Source: a virus (taxonomy: Duplodnaviria > Caudoviricetes). Taken from it: a stretch of DNA of 32,348 nucleotides. The stretch is from positions 1 through 32,348 of the IMG/VR virus record IMGVR_UViG_3300025288_000065; one strand, 5' to 3'. Below, in pieces: positions 7,491-17,282 of the stretch. Positions within the stretch are counted from its first letter, which is position 1; each line of letters starts with the position of its first letter. The notes under the pieces were generated by a model. That model saw only the letters and a program-made list of their open reading frames with translations. It did no database searches and had not been told where the DNA came from. A program made the position numbers and the translations under genes.

Positions 7491-8384
7491 ATGACCGAGG
7501 ACGATTCCTCGCCCGCCGAAGAGGCCGGCGAGTTCGAGAAGGCTTTCGCCGCTGCGGTGGAAGCGAAGACGACCGAGCCAGACGATCAGAAGCCCGCTCC
7601 CCAGCCGGCGGATGACGGTCAAGGCGCCGACGACAGCCAGAAGCAGCCCGAGAAGCCTCGGGCGAGAAGCTGGCGGGAGGCCCCCGAGGAATGGCGCATG
7701 ACGTTCGAGGAAGCCCTCGCGCATCGTGAGCGTTCCGACGCGGGCAGGATTGCAGCCCTGCAACGGCAGGTCGCCGAACTGAAGGCAGGAACGCCCGCCC
7801 CCGCGGCCGGCGACAAGCCCAAGGAAGGCGAGGAGCAGCGCGAGAAGCGGACGGAGCGTCTGAAGCAGGTCCGGGAGGAGTATCCCGACCTCGCGGAGCC
7901 GTTCATCGACGAGCTGGCAGACCTCCGGGAGGAGGTGAAGCGGCTCAGCGACAACACGTCTGCGATCAAGGCCATGGGCGACGAGCAGCAACGCGAAACG
8001 CTCGACGCCAACAACGGCGCGCTCCTCCAGAAGCACCCGGATTTCTACGAGACCCTCGAAAAGGAGGGTCCGCGGTTCTCCGAGTGGCTGCAAACCGAAG
8101 CCCCGGCCAAGTTCGGGGCGATTGTCGAGGCGAACAAGACCGGCATCTACGATCCCGTTGGCGCGGCAAGCGTCTTCGAAGCCTTCAAGGCGTTCATCGG
8201 CTCCCCGAACCCATCCAAAGACCCTTCGGCCGACCGACGACAGCGCCAGATGCGCGCCGCATCCACCCCGGGAACGGGGGGCGGAGCGCGACCGGGCAAT
8301 CTCCATCCTGAGACCGGCGATTTCGATGCGCACTTCACGCGCTTCGCCGCCGCCAAGGACAAGGAGCTTCGGGCGGCCCTCTGA
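7491..8384 (+). CDS. Probable scaffolding protein
   Basis: AAGGA SD; acidic disordered N-terminus, coiled coil (RSDAGRIAALQRQVAELK); directly before the capsid gene. Confidence 0.7.
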   Translation: MTEDDSSPAEEAGEFEKAFAAAVEAKTTEPDDQKPAPQPADDGQGADDSQKQPEKPRARSWREAPEEWRMTFEEALAHRERSDAGRIAALQRQVAELKAGTPAPAAGDKPKEGEEQREKRTERLKQVREEYPDLAEPFIDELADLREEVKRLSDNTSAIKAMGDEQQRETLDANNGALLQKHPDFYETLEKEGPRFSEWLQTEAPAKFGAIVEANKTGIYDPVGAASVFEAFKAFIGSPNPSKDPSADRRQRQMRAASTPGTGGGARPGNLHPETGDFDAHFTRFAAAKDKELRAAL

Positions 8385-8399
8385 TGAGGAGCCCCCGCC

Positions 8400-9404
8400 A
8401 TGAGCGGAACTCGTTATACCGACGCCGGCATTACGCCGGTCATCGAAGCCTACGTCGCCGTGGAGATGCTCTCCTACGCGGCGCACACCGTCGTTCTCGA
8501 CAAGTTCGGCATGAATCAGACCATGCCGAAGAACAAGACGCAGGTCATCAAGTGGCGGCGTCCGATCACCTTCGACCCGGCGACCACGCCCCTCTTCGAG
8601 GGCGTGACCCCCAACCTGACGCAGTTCGGCTACGAGACCGTGACCGGCACGCTGAAGCAGTTTGGGCAGGTCGTCGAGATCACCGACATCATCGAGGACT
8701 TCGCCCTCGATCAGGTCGCGAAGGACGCCTACCAGCAGTGCTCGGACAACATCTACCGCACGCAGGAGGCTCTTGATTGGGCGATCCTCCGGGCGGGAAC
8801 GTCCGTCTCCTACGCCAACGGCTCCTCGCGGGCCGCGGTCAACTCCGTCCTCAGCCTCGACAAGATCCGGGCCGTGGTGCGGGGCCTCCGTCGCAACAAG
8901 GCGAAGATGATCACGATGGCGCTCTCGTCCTCGCCGAACTTCGCCACGCGCGCGGTGGAGCCGGGCTGGGTCGCCATCGGCCACACCGACCTGGAGCCGG
9001 ACATCCGGAACCTGCCGGGGTTCATCCCCTGCGCCTCCTATGGCTCGAAGAAGATAATCTGCGAGCAGGAGATCGGATCGGTCGAGAACGTGCGCTTTGT
9101 CCTCTCCGAGGATCTTGAGCCGTTCTCGGACGCTGGCGGGACCGCCTCGACGAACGGGACGAAGACCACGAGCGGCGCCGCCGCCGATGTCTACCCGCTC
9201 CTGTTCCTCGGGAAGGAAGCCTACGGCCGCGTCGCGCTCCGCGGCGCCGGTTCGATTTCCCCGGCCATCGTGCCGGTCAACCAGCGGGACAAGTCGGACC
9301 CGCTCGGGCAGCGCGGGTTCATCGGCTGGAAGATGTATCACCTCACCGTGATCCTCAACCAGCTCTGGATGACAAGACTTGAGGTGGCGACGACCGCCCT
9401 CTGA
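8400..9404 (+). CDS. Major capsid protein, N4-gp56 family
   Basis: GAGGAG SD; MPKNKTQVIKWRR, PLFEGVTP, LKQFGQVVEITD, EIGSVENVRFV, DKSDPLGQRGFIGWK motifs. Confidence 0.9.
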   Translation: MSGTRYTDAGITPVIEAYVAVEMLSYAAHTVVLDKFGMNQTMPKNKTQVIKWRRPITFDPATTPLFEGVTPNLTQFGYETVTGTLKQFGQVVEITDIIEDFALDQVAKDAYQQCSDNIYRTQEALDWAILRAGTSVSYANGSSRAAVNSVLSLDKIRAVVRGLRRNKAKMITMALSSSPNFATRAVEPGWVAIGHTDLEPDIRNLPGFIPCASYGSKKIICEQEIGSVENVRFVLSEDLEPFSDAGGTASTNGTKTTSGAAADVYPLLFLGKEAYGRVALRGAGSISPAIVPVNQRDKSDPLGQRGFIGWKMYHLTVILNQLWMTRLEVATTAL

Positions 9405-9412
9405 TGACGACC

Positions 9413-9433
9413 GGCGGGGCGTAAAGCCCCGCC
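9413..9433 (+). terminator. Hairpin after the capsid gene (mRNA stabiliser or weak terminator)
   Basis: GGCGGGGC-GTAAA-GCCCCGCC perfect 8-bp stem; no U-tract. Confidence 0.45.
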
Positions 9434-9464
9434 ACATCCCCACAATCTGACACAGGAGGGCGAC

Positions 9465-10031
9465 ATGCCCCTTCAGATGAAGAGCGGCGTCATCAAGGGC
9501 GCCGGAGCCGTGGTCAATATCGACTGCGGTTTCATTCCGAACCTCGTGTTCCTCAACAACAGCCGCGGCTCCGCCGAAACGCTGACGTTCTGGGACGGGT
9601 ATTCGATCCTCGGCTTCGACTCCGGCTCGGACGAGATCCTTCCGGGCGACAACATGGTCGACGCCACCGGCGGCGGGACGTTCACCGTGGTTTCCGTCAC
9701 GCTCCGCACCGGCTCCTGGGCCGGCGGCGACGCGGCGGGGTTCATGGAGATCGTCGCCGACACCGGCACGATCGCGAACAACAACAACCTGAACCGCGTT
9801 GCGGCGAACCCGCCCGGTCCTGTTCGCGAAGCGGCGTCCAACGTGGCGACGATCGACGGCTCCGTCGTGCCCTTCGACATCGACATCGACACCGAGGCCG
9901 GCACCCCGGCTTCTCGGTTCGTCGTCCCGTATCTCGGCGTCGCCGGGACCACGGCGAAGGGCTTCACCATCGCGGCAGGCGCGGCGGTCTCCGGCGAATA
10001 CGTTCGCTGGACGGCCTTTGGTCGGGAGTAA
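9465..10031 (+). CDS. Probable capsid decoration/virion structural protein
   Basis: AGGAGG SD; G/T/A/V-rich beta protein with NIDCGFIP N-terminus, directly after the capsid gene. Confidence 0.65.
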   Translation: MPLQMKSGVIKGAGAVVNIDCGFIPNLVFLNNSRGSAETLTFWDGYSILGFDSGSDEILPGDNMVDATGGGTFTVVSVTLRTGSWAGGDAAGFMEIVADTGTIANNNNLNRVAANPPGPVREAASNVATIDGSVVPFDIDIDTEAGTPASRFVVPYLGVAGTTAKGFTIAAGAAVSGEYVRWTAFGRE

Positions 10032-10036
10032 TCCCC

Positions 10037-10348
10037 ATGCTGACCAACCGCGAAGCGAAGCAGCTCCTGATCCACGCTCAGCAGGAGCTTGGGTCGGGCA
10101 ACTTCGAGCGGCTCGTGCGGGAGATGATCGACAACGGCGTCGTGCCGGCCACCCAGGTCGCGCACATCGCCAATCTGACGATCACCGCCACCTTGGGCTC
10201 GCTCCCGACCGCCAACGGCGCCGTGACCATCGCCAACGCAGCCTCGCCCACCGTGGCGGAGTTGCAGGAGGCCGTGGTCGAACTGAACGCGAAGATCAGC
10301 GCCATCCTCGTCGCGATCGAGACGGCGCGGATCACGGCGTCCTCGTGA
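10037..10348 (+). CDS. Head-fibre-like small structural protein
   Basis: GGGAG SD; HIANL...PTVAELQEAVVELNAKISAILVAIE coiled-coil C-terminus typical of trimeric head fibres. Confidence 0.55.
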   Translation: MLTNREAKQLLIHAQQELGSGNFERLVREMIDNGVVPATQVAHIANLTITATLGSLPTANGAVTIANAASPTVAELQEAVVELNAKISAILVAIETARITASS

Positions 10349-10356
10349 CGCTTCCG

Positions 10357-10383
10357 GCCGCCCCGGGAGACCGGGGCGGCTTC
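10357..10383 (+). terminator. Hairpin, possible intrinsic terminator
   Basis: GCCGCCCCGG-GAGA-CCGGGGCGGC perfect 10-bp stem with GNRA loop, followed by only TTC. Confidence 0.55.
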
Positions 10384-10407
10384 ACCCCCTGAAAACGAGG
10401 CTTTCCC

Positions 10408-10941
10408 ATGGCGCAGACGCGCAAGGTCGCTCTTTCCGAGGCGACGCACGAAGAGCTTGCCGCAGCGGCGAAGCTCCTCAATCTCGATGTCGCCGGCGCG
10501 TCCAGCCCGGCCAAGCTGCGGGCGCTCATCAAGGCGACGCACCCCTTCGACGAGATCGACGTTCCCTCCGACGAACTGGCGCAGCCGCGCGTCGTCGGCG
10601 TCCAGACCAAGGGCATCCCCGCCGACTATCACCAGCCCCGAAAGGGCTATGTCCGCGTGGACGGGAAGGACTACCCCGTGACCCCGGACGGCAAGGTCAT
10701 CGTGACGATTTCCGCGACGGACATGAATCAGCGCGGGCACGAGGAGGTGCAGGTCAACGAGCGCGTCATGCTGATCCCCGTGGGCGAGCCGGTCGCGATC
10801 CCGGTCCATTTCTTCGAGGCGCTTCTCCACACGGTCGGCAAGGTCGCCGTCGTGGATACGAAGACCTCGGAAATCCGCGGCTGGCGCGAGGTGCCGCAGA
10901 TTCCGTTCTCCGTCCAGGCCCCTGCGTTCATTGACGGCTGA
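10408..10941 (+). CDS. Conserved hypothetical protein of the head module
   Basis: GAGG SD; VQVNERVMLIPVGEPVAIPVHFFEAL motif; coupled to the adaptor gene. Confidence 0.7.
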   Translation: MAQTRKVALSEATHEELAAAAKLLNLDVAGASSPAKLRALIKATHPFDEIDVPSDELAQPRVVGVQTKGIPADYHQPRKGYVRVDGKDYPVTPDGKVIVTISATDMNQRGHEEVQVNERVMLIPVGEPVAIPVHFFEALLHTVGKVAVVDTKTSEIRGWREVPQIPFSVQAPAFIDG

Positions 10942-11654
10942 TGACCTTCCTCGAACTCTGCCGGCGGGTTGCGAAGGAGTCCGGGACCATTCCGGGCTCC
11001 AACCAGCCCGCCACCGTCACGGCCCAGACCGGCAGGCTGGGGAAGGTCGTCGATTGGGTGGCGACGGCATGGGACGACATCCAGCGCCGCCGCGCGGACT
11101 GGCTCTGGATGCAGGACGAGTTCTCCGGCGAGACGCTTTCCGGAATCCCCTCCTATGCTCCAGATGGAGCCGAGATCGGCCTGACCCGCTTCGCCGAATG
11201 GCGCGTCCGTCGCTATACCGGGTCCGACAGCGACATCACGATCTACCGGACGGCTTCAGGCGTGGAGGACGAACGCGGGATGCTCTGGCTCCCCTACGAG
11301 ACGTTCCGGCGGCAATACATGCGCGGCGCCGCGTCTCTGGTGACGGGCTATCCAGCCTACGTCACCATCGAGCCGAACCGGAACCTTCGGCTTCACCCGA
11401 TCCCCGATGGGGCCTACACCATCAAGGGCCGCTACGAGAAATCGCCGCAGACGCTTTCCGAGGACGCGCACGTCCCTGAAATGCCGAGCCAGTTCCACAT
11501 GCTCATCGTGTGGGAGGCGCTGACACGCTACCTCGCCATCGAGGACGAGAGCGCGGGGCAAATAGGGGGATGGGAGCGCAACCGCTCCGCCATCGACTTC
11601 GATCTCTGCGCGTCAGAGACGCCGAAGACCACCTTCGCGGAGAGCTGGGTGTGA
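10941..11654 (+). CDS. Head-tail adaptor (tail tubular protein A-like)
   Basis: MTFLELCRRVAKESG start, LHPIPDGAYTI, PEMPSQFHMLIVWEAL; size and position typical. Confidence 0.7.
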   Translation: MTFLELCRRVAKESGTIPGSNQPATVTAQTGRLGKVVDWVATAWDDIQRRRADWLWMQDEFSGETLSGIPSYAPDGAEIGLTRFAEWRVRRYTGSDSDITIYRTASGVEDERGMLWLPYETFRRQYMRGAASLVTGYPAYVTIEPNRNLRLHPIPDGAYTIKGRYEKSPQTLSEDAHVPEMPSQFHMLIVWEALTRYLAIEDESAGQIGGWERNRSAIDFDLCASETPKTTFAESWV

Positions 11655-13768
11655 CCCGCCAGACCCCGACGACGGTTCTCCTGCAAGGGGGGCTCGACCT
11701 CGCCACGCCGGCCATTGCGGTGAAGCCTGGCGTCGCGATCGGAGGCTACAACTACGAGCCGGTCGAGTCCGGCTATCGGCGGATCGGCGGGTTCGAGCGG
11801 TATGACGGCCGCCCGGCGCCGTCCGAAGCCTCCTACTCGATCCTCCGGTTCACCAACGGCTCCACGGAGATCGGGGCGGGCGTCGCCGTGGAGGGCGGGA
11901 CATCCGGGGGCTCGGCCATCGCGGTTCTCGATGCGGTGCTGGAGAGCGGCAGCTACGGCGGCGGCGACGCTGCCGGGTATGTCGTCCTCCTCGTCATGCC
12001 CACGTCGCAGCCGTTCACCGATGGCGAAGACCTCAAAGTCTCATCGGTGAAGGTCGCCGAGGCGGACGGAACAAACGTCACGCGGGACGCCGAAAACGAC
12101 ACGCTCGACCGGACCTATCTCAAGGCCGCCGCCGACTATGCCAGGTCGCGGATCGCCGCGCCGATCGGTTCAGGCCCGATCCGGGGCGTCGTCGCCTTCA
12201 CGGACAACCAGAATTACAGCGGCTTGTTCGCATTTCGGGACAATGCCGGTGAGACGGCCTGCGATATGTTCTTCGATGGAATCGGGACGGGCTGGGCTCC
12301 GATCACGCTTCTGAACCTCCTCCCCTTCACCAACGGGAACCAGCCGTCAGGCTCCTTCGATGAAGGCGACACGATAACCGGCGGCACATCCAGCGCCACG
12401 GCGATCATCCTGAAGGTCGTCCTCCAGTCAGGGGCATGGGACGGAACCGGCGTCGGGTATTTCGTGGTCTCCAACCCCGCGGGGACGTTCACCGCGGAGA
12501 CGATCACAACCTCTGGCGCGTCAGCCTCAATCTCCGGGCCGCCGACCGCCATCACGTTCCCGCCTGGCGGAACCTATCGCTTCGTCGCTCACAACTTCCT
12601 CGGGACGACGGGAACCAAGCGGCTCTATGGCGTCAACGGGGTTGGCAGGGCCTTCGAGTTCTTCGAGGGGTTCAGCAACACCCCCGTCGTCGTGCCCATC
12701 AGGGTCGAGGGGCTGACCGACGCGCAGGACAAGCCGATCCACATCGAGGAGTTTTCGGAGCACTTGTTCCTCTTCTACCGGAACGGTGCGATCCGGGTCT
12801 CCTCCATCGGCGAGCCGACCGTCTTCAACGGGACCACGGGAGCCGCGGAGTTGGGCTTCGGGACCGAGATCAGGGATGTGATCGTCGCGAACACCGCGCT
12901 CGTCGTCTTCGGCGACACCAAGATCGCCTACATCACCGGCACGGACGCGACGAACTGGCAGGTTCTGGAGATCACCGACGACAGCGGCGCATCGGTGGAC
13001 TCGGCTCAAATGGTGGACACGCCCTATTATTTTGATGGACGGGCGATCCGCCGCCTCTCGACGACCGAAGCCCTGGGCGGATGGAAGATGGGCTCCGTGG
13101 CCTCGCAGATCCAGAAGTTCTGGGAGGTGAAGAGCCGGGCTTTCGTCACCGTCGTCGGCTCCTACCGGGTCCGGGCGAGGGATCACTACGTCCTCCTCCT
13201 CAGCGACAAGAGCGGGGTCGTCACCTATCTCGGCCGCAAGCGAGCCGAGGCCATGCCGATCGTTCTGCCCTTCCAGGCGTCAGCGATCTATTCGGGCGAC
13301 GATCTCGGGAGAGAGAGGGTCTTCCTCGGGGCGGAGGACGGCTTCGTCTACGAGATGGACGCCGGGCGGAGCTTCGACGGGGCCGAGGTGGATTACCTCC
13401 TCGTCCTCGGCTTCATCTCGGTCGGCGGGGCATATCGAAACAACCGCTGGCACAAGGTCCGCATCGGGCTTGAGGCGCTTGATCCCGTTGTGACGCTCGC
13501 GCAGTCCGCAGAGTTCTCTTACGCGAGCGATCAGGGGGCTCCGGGGATCGAGACGGCGCTCGAAGTCTCCGGCGGCGGCGCCCGATGGGATGTCGGGAAC
13601 TGGAACGAGTTCTACTGGAGCCTCCCCGAGGTCGCAGAAGGCGAGTCCGACATCGACGGGCTCGGCTATAACATCGGCATCTCCCTCTATGGCGAGGCCG
13701 ATTTCGAGCCGTCGCACATCCTGAACTGGATGACGCTCTTCACCACCCCGAGGAGACAGCAGGGATGA
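11651..13768 (+). CDS. Tail nozzle (tail tubular protein B-like), beta-propeller-like
   Basis: GTGA overlap; LQGGLDLATP, NYEP..GYRRIGGFERYDGR, GFVYEMDAGRSFDG, WDVGNWNEFYW; 705 aa after the adaptor. Confidence 0.7.
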   Translation: MTRQTPTTVLLQGGLDLATPAIAVKPGVAIGGYNYEPVESGYRRIGGFERYDGRPAPSEASYSILRFTNGSTEIGAGVAVEGGTSGGSAIAVLDAVLESGSYGGGDAAGYVVLLVMPTSQPFTDGEDLKVSSVKVAEADGTNVTRDAENDTLDRTYLKAAADYARSRIAAPIGSGPIRGVVAFTDNQNYSGLFAFRDNAGETACDMFFDGIGTGWAPITLLNLLPFTNGNQPSGSFDEGDTITGGTSSATAIILKVVLQSGAWDGTGVGYFVVSNPAGTFTAETITTSGASASISGPPTAITFPPGGTYRFVAHNFLGTTGTKRLYGVNGVGRAFEFFEGFSNTPVVVPIRVEGLTDAQDKPIHIEEFSEHLFLFYRNGAIRVSSIGEPTVFNGTTGAAELGFGTEIRDVIVANTALVVFGDTKIAYITGTDATNWQVLEITDDSGASVDSAQMVDTPYYFDGRAIRRLSTTEALGGWKMGSVASQIQKFWEVKSRAFVTVVGSYRVRARDHYVLLLSDKSGVVTYLGRKRAEAMPIVLPFQASAIYSGDDLGRERVFLGAEDGFVYEMDAGRSFDGAEVDYLLVLGFISVGGAYRNNRWHKVRIGLEALDPVVTLAQSAEFSYASDQGAPGIETALEVSGGGARWDVGNWNEFYWSLPEVAEGESDIDGLGYNIGISLYGEADFEPSHILNWMTLFTTPRRQQG

Positions 13769-14793
13769 CCTTCAGCTTCACCGCCTTCACCCGCGCCACC
13801 CTCGCCAGGTCCGAGGCGGTGAACGCCGTCTTCAATGCGATCAAGGCATATACGGACAGCCTGCCCGCCGTCTCCAAGATCATCGCGGGAACCGTCACCT
13901 ACGCTGCGGACAGCGGCGCGGCCGACGCCTATGTCGTAACCCTCAACCCCGCGCCACTGGCCTATTCCGAGGGTATGACGGTCGACTTCAAGGCGACGAA
14001 CGCCAACACCGGGGCCAGCACGATCAACGTGAACAGCCTCGGAGTGAAGGCGATCCGCGCCTATGACGGGGCCGTGCTTGTCGCCGGTCAGATTCCCGCC
14101 GGCGGGATCGTGACCGCCCGCTACGACGGCTCCGTGTTCCGCCTCAACAACATCGTCGGGGTCTCAGTGCCTGACGACGACACCGTGACCAACGCCAAAC
14201 TCGCCGACATGGCGCAGGCGACGATCAAGGGGCGGGCAAGCGGAGCGGGAACCGGAGACCCGACCGATCTCAGCGGGGCGCAGGTTTCGGCGATCCTTTC
14301 CGCGGCCTCGGACTCGGCTCAGGGCGCGGTCGAACTGGCGACGACTGGCGAGGCGACGACAGGAACGGACACGGCGAGAGCCGTGACGCCGGCGGGGCTC
14401 CTCGCCGGGCTCCGGGGGAACCTCCTCGGGACGGTCAGCGAGTCGTCAGGAGACCCGACAGGAGCCGTGATCGAGCGCGGCTCCAACGCGAACGGCAAAT
14501 ATGTCCGGTTCGCCGATGGGACGCAGATTTGCACATTGACCCAGACCGGCGTCTCCGTGGCGATCACGACGGCGACGGGTCAATTATTCCGGGACAATGG
14601 GACATTGGCGACATGGACCTTCCCGGCGGAGTTCGCCGCGGCCCCGGTCTGCATCATCACGCCCCTCAGCACGTTCATCTGGGGCGGTATGATCTCCGCG
14701 ACGACGACTGCGGCGACGCGAAACCTCCTCGCGGCGGTGAGCTACAACAGCACGCTGGCCATCACCAATGTGGCGATCGGAAGGTGGTTCTGA
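13765..14793 (+). CDS. Tail fibre protein
   Basis: LARSEAVN N-terminal anchor, NANTGASTINVNSLGVK, fibre repeat GAVELATTGEATTGTDTARAVTPAGL, C-terminal GSNANGKYVRFADGTQIC...WTFPAEF...AIGRWF tip domain. Confidence 0.8.
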   Translation: MTFSFTAFTRATLARSEAVNAVFNAIKAYTDSLPAVSKIIAGTVTYAADSGAADAYVVTLNPAPLAYSEGMTVDFKATNANTGASTINVNSLGVKAIRAYDGAVLVAGQIPAGGIVTARYDGSVFRLNNIVGVSVPDDDTVTNAKLADMAQATIKGRASGAGTGDPTDLSGAQVSAILSAASDSAQGAVELATTGEATTGTDTARAVTPAGLLAGLRGNLLGTVSESSGDPTGAVIERGSNANGKYVRFADGTQICTLTQTGVSVAITTATGQLFRDNGTLATWTFPAEFAAAPVCIITPLSTFIWGGMISATTTAATRNLLAAVSYNSTLAITNVAIGRWF

Positions 14794-15083
14794 TGCTCAT
14801 CTTTCTCTCTCCGATCCGTTCGGATGCGGCGTTTTCAGCGTCGATCTCCGGTGAAGTGCTCACCATCAACGGGGAAGCCCTCGACCTCTCTGGCATTGAG
14901 GAGGGCCAATCCATGGCTGCGGACGAGATCGGCTCGGCATGGATCACGAACTACGTCACGCGCACCGGCGGGGTGCTTGGCGTCACGCTGGCGTTCCCCG
15001 TGGCCGCCAACGCTTCCGAGGCGGCGCGGTTCCCCGCACCTCTTGATGATCCCGCCGACGGCCCGCTCGCAATTCCGGAATGA
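14793..15083 (+). CDS. Tail-fibre-associated protein (probable assembly chaperone), 96 aa
   Basis: TGATG coupling; LSPIRSD...GEVLTINGEALDLS...ASEAARFPAP, a pattern commonly found after this fibre tip. Confidence 0.65.
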   Translation: MLIFLSPIRSDAAFSASISGEVLTINGEALDLSGIEEGQSMAADEIGSAWITNYVTRTGGVLGVTLAFPVAANASEAARFPAPLDDPADGPLAIPE

Positions 15084-15093
15084 GAGGCGAATC

Positions 15094-15816
15094 ATGGACA
15101 TGAGCAAGCCGCCGAAAGGCCCATCGGAGAGCGTGGCCGAAAACCTCGACGCCATCCTCTCGAAGGACAGCCCGCTCATGCAGCGGGCTCGGACCACGGG
15201 GTTTCAGGTCGCCAATCGTCGCGGAGTTCTCAACTCCTCCATCGCCGCCGGCGCCGCGATGGGCGAGATGATCGACCGGGCGACGCCCATCGCGCAACAG
15301 GAAGCGCAGCAGGGTTTCCAGGCAGGAGAGTCCGCAAGAGACAGGGCTCAGCGTCTCGAAGAGCAGAAGCGCGATCAGAACTTCACCACGAAGGAGAACA
15401 CGGCGGAGCGGACGTTCCGAGGCGGAGAGTCCGCGCTGGACCGGGAGCAGCAATCCCGCATCGCCGCGATGAACCTTGAGGCGACCGAGAAGCAGACCCT
15501 AAGCAACACCGTCGCCGCAATGGAAAGCGTCTACGCCTCTCAGTTCAACGCGATCATGGCGAACACCGACCTGAACGCCGAGCAGCGCGACGCCCAGATC
15601 CAGTCTCTCAACAACACCCGGCTCCAGCGGGTGAACCTGACCGAGCAGATTTTCGGGGTGAAGCTGAAGCTGCCCCGCCGCAACAGGCCGAACAACCCGC
15701 CCGCGCAAGAGCCCAGCCGGCCCAACCGACCGAACAGGCCAAATCGGCCAAGCCGCCCGAACGCGCCCAGACCAACCGGGAACCGCCCGCCGGCGGAACA
15801 GGGCAATAGGAGGTAG
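15094..15816 (+). CDS. Probable internal virion/ejection protein
   Basis: GAGG SD, ATG at 15094; SPLMQRART...ANRRGVLNSSIAAGAA...ATPIAQQEA; Q-rich helical body and RPN-repeat tail. Confidence 0.6.
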   Translation: MDMSKPPKGPSESVAENLDAILSKDSPLMQRARTTGFQVANRRGVLNSSIAAGAAMGEMIDRATPIAQQEAQQGFQAGESARDRAQRLEEQKRDQNFTTKENTAERTFRGGESALDREQQSRIAAMNLEATEKQTLSNTVAAMESVYASQFNAIMANTDLNAEQRDAQIQSLNNTRLQRVNLTEQIFGVKLKLPRRNRPNNPPAQEPSRPNRPNRPNRPSRPNAPRPTGNRPPAEQGNRR

Positions 15817-15819
15817 ATC

Positions 15820-16641
15820 ATGGGCCTGTTCAGCGGACTCAAGAAGGTCTTCAAGAAGGTCACGAAGGTCGTCCTCAAGGTCGCGCCTCTGGCGCTCCTC
15901 GCCGGCGCCGTAATCTTCACCGGCGGGGCCGCGCTGGGCCTCGCTCCGTTCGCGGGAGGATGGGGAGCCGCCGCAGCGGGGTTCGCATCCAATCTCGGGC
16001 TGACGGGAACGCTGGGCTCCATCGCGACGGGCGCGATCACGCAGGCCGGCTATGGCGCGGCGATCGGAGCGGTGGGCGGACTCGTAACCGGGAGCGACCC
16101 GATCAAGGGCGCGCAGCTCGGCGCGCTGGCAGGAGGCGTCACCGGAGGGTTCACCGGGGCCATGGCGGCGCCTGGCGCGGCCGCGGGGTCGGGAGCCGTC
16201 GCTCCGACTGGCGCAGGAGGCGCAGCGACCCCCACGGGTTTCGGCGCCGCGATGCCGCAAACCACCGCGAGCGATCTTGTGCTTGGCGCCCAGCCGGGAG
16301 TCTCCGGAGCATCCGCCGCCGCGCCCTCAGTCACGGCCGCCGCGCCGACGCCGACAGGGTTCGGCTCCTTCCTCGACAAGGAGACGGTCGGACGGGCGAT
16401 CGCCGGCCTCGGGCAAGGGTATCTCGAAGGCCAGGTCGCCAAGGACGAGCGCAAGGCGCAGTTCGACCTCCTCGACCGGCGGACGGATTCCTACGACCTC
16501 GCCGACGAGTCCTATCAGCGGGCACCGAACGACCGGACGGCCCGCCCGACCCCGACGCAGTTCTATGCCGAGCAGCGCGGGCGCTTCGCCGCGCGCTACT
16601 CCTTCAACCCGGAATCCGGGCGCATCGAGAGGGTGGCGTGA
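15820..16641 (+). CDS. Probable DNA-transfer/ejection protein, Gly/Ala-rich
   Basis: AGGAGGT SD; amphipathic basic N-terminus followed by long glycine-zipper hydrophobic segments. Confidence 0.65.
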   Translation: MGLFSGLKKVFKKVTKVVLKVAPLALLAGAVIFTGGAALGLAPFAGGWGAAAAGFASNLGLTGTLGSIATGAITQAGYGAAIGAVGGLVTGSDPIKGAQLGALAGGVTGGFTGAMAAPGAAAGSGAVAPTGAGGAATPTGFGAAMPQTTASDLVLGAQPGVSGASAAAPSVTAAAPTPTGFGSFLDKETVGRAIAGLGQGYLEGQVAKDERKAQFDLLDRRTDSYDLADESYQRAPNDRTARPTPTQFYAEQRGRFAARYSFNPESGRIERVA

Positions 16642-17282
16642 TGGACAAGCCGATGCAGATTCCCGAAAATATGTCCGGGCTCCAGCCGTCCGAGAAGGCG
16701 ATGGGGCCGCAGACGACGGCGGACCAGATGACATGGCTCTCCGGGGATGGGGAAGCCTCTCCCGAGGAGCAGGAAGTTTATGAAGCCCTTGTCGCAGGCG
16801 CGATTGAGGCGATGAGCGCGGAGGGCGTCGACGAGTCCATCGCGTCACAGATCGCGGAGGCGCAAGACCTTCCGGAAACCATGGGCTTCGTCTCCGGAAC
16901 CCTTTTCGAGCGCGCCATGGCTGCGGCGGAGGACGCCGGGATGACTGTTCCCGACGAGGTGATCTTTCCCGCCGTGCTCGAAATCTACTCCAACGTCGTC
17001 GAGATGGCCGAGGACACCGGGAAAGCCCCGGATCAGGACGCGATCAATAACGGCTTCTATCACGCGCTCGACAAGGTGAGGCTCGCGATGCAGAAGATGG
17101 GCCGGATCACCCCGGAACAGGCCGCCGCCGAACTTGAGGAGCTGAAGGCGCTGGAGGCGTCAGGCGAGCTTGCCGGCATGGCGCCGCAGGGTGGCGGCCA
17201 GCTCGCCCAGCCCGCGCCCCAGCCGGCCCAGCAGACGGCGCAGAAGCCCCGGCAGGGCTTCGCGGCCATGGGAGCGGCGTGA
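16641..17282 (+). CDS. Acidic helical protein of the ejection module
   Basis: TGATG coupling at both ends; true start is ATG 16641 (MDKPMQ); Q/P-rich tail. Confidence 0.65.
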   Translation: MDKPMQIPENMSGLQPSEKAMGPQTTADQMTWLSGDGEASPEEQEVYEALVAGAIEAMSAEGVDESIASQIAEAQDLPETMGFVSGTLFERAMAAAEDAGMTVPDEVIFPAVLEIYSNVVEMAEDTGKAPDQDAINNGFYHALDKVRLAMQKMGRITPEQAAAELEELKALEASGELAGMAPQGGGQLAQPAPQPAQQTAQKPRQGFAAMGAA

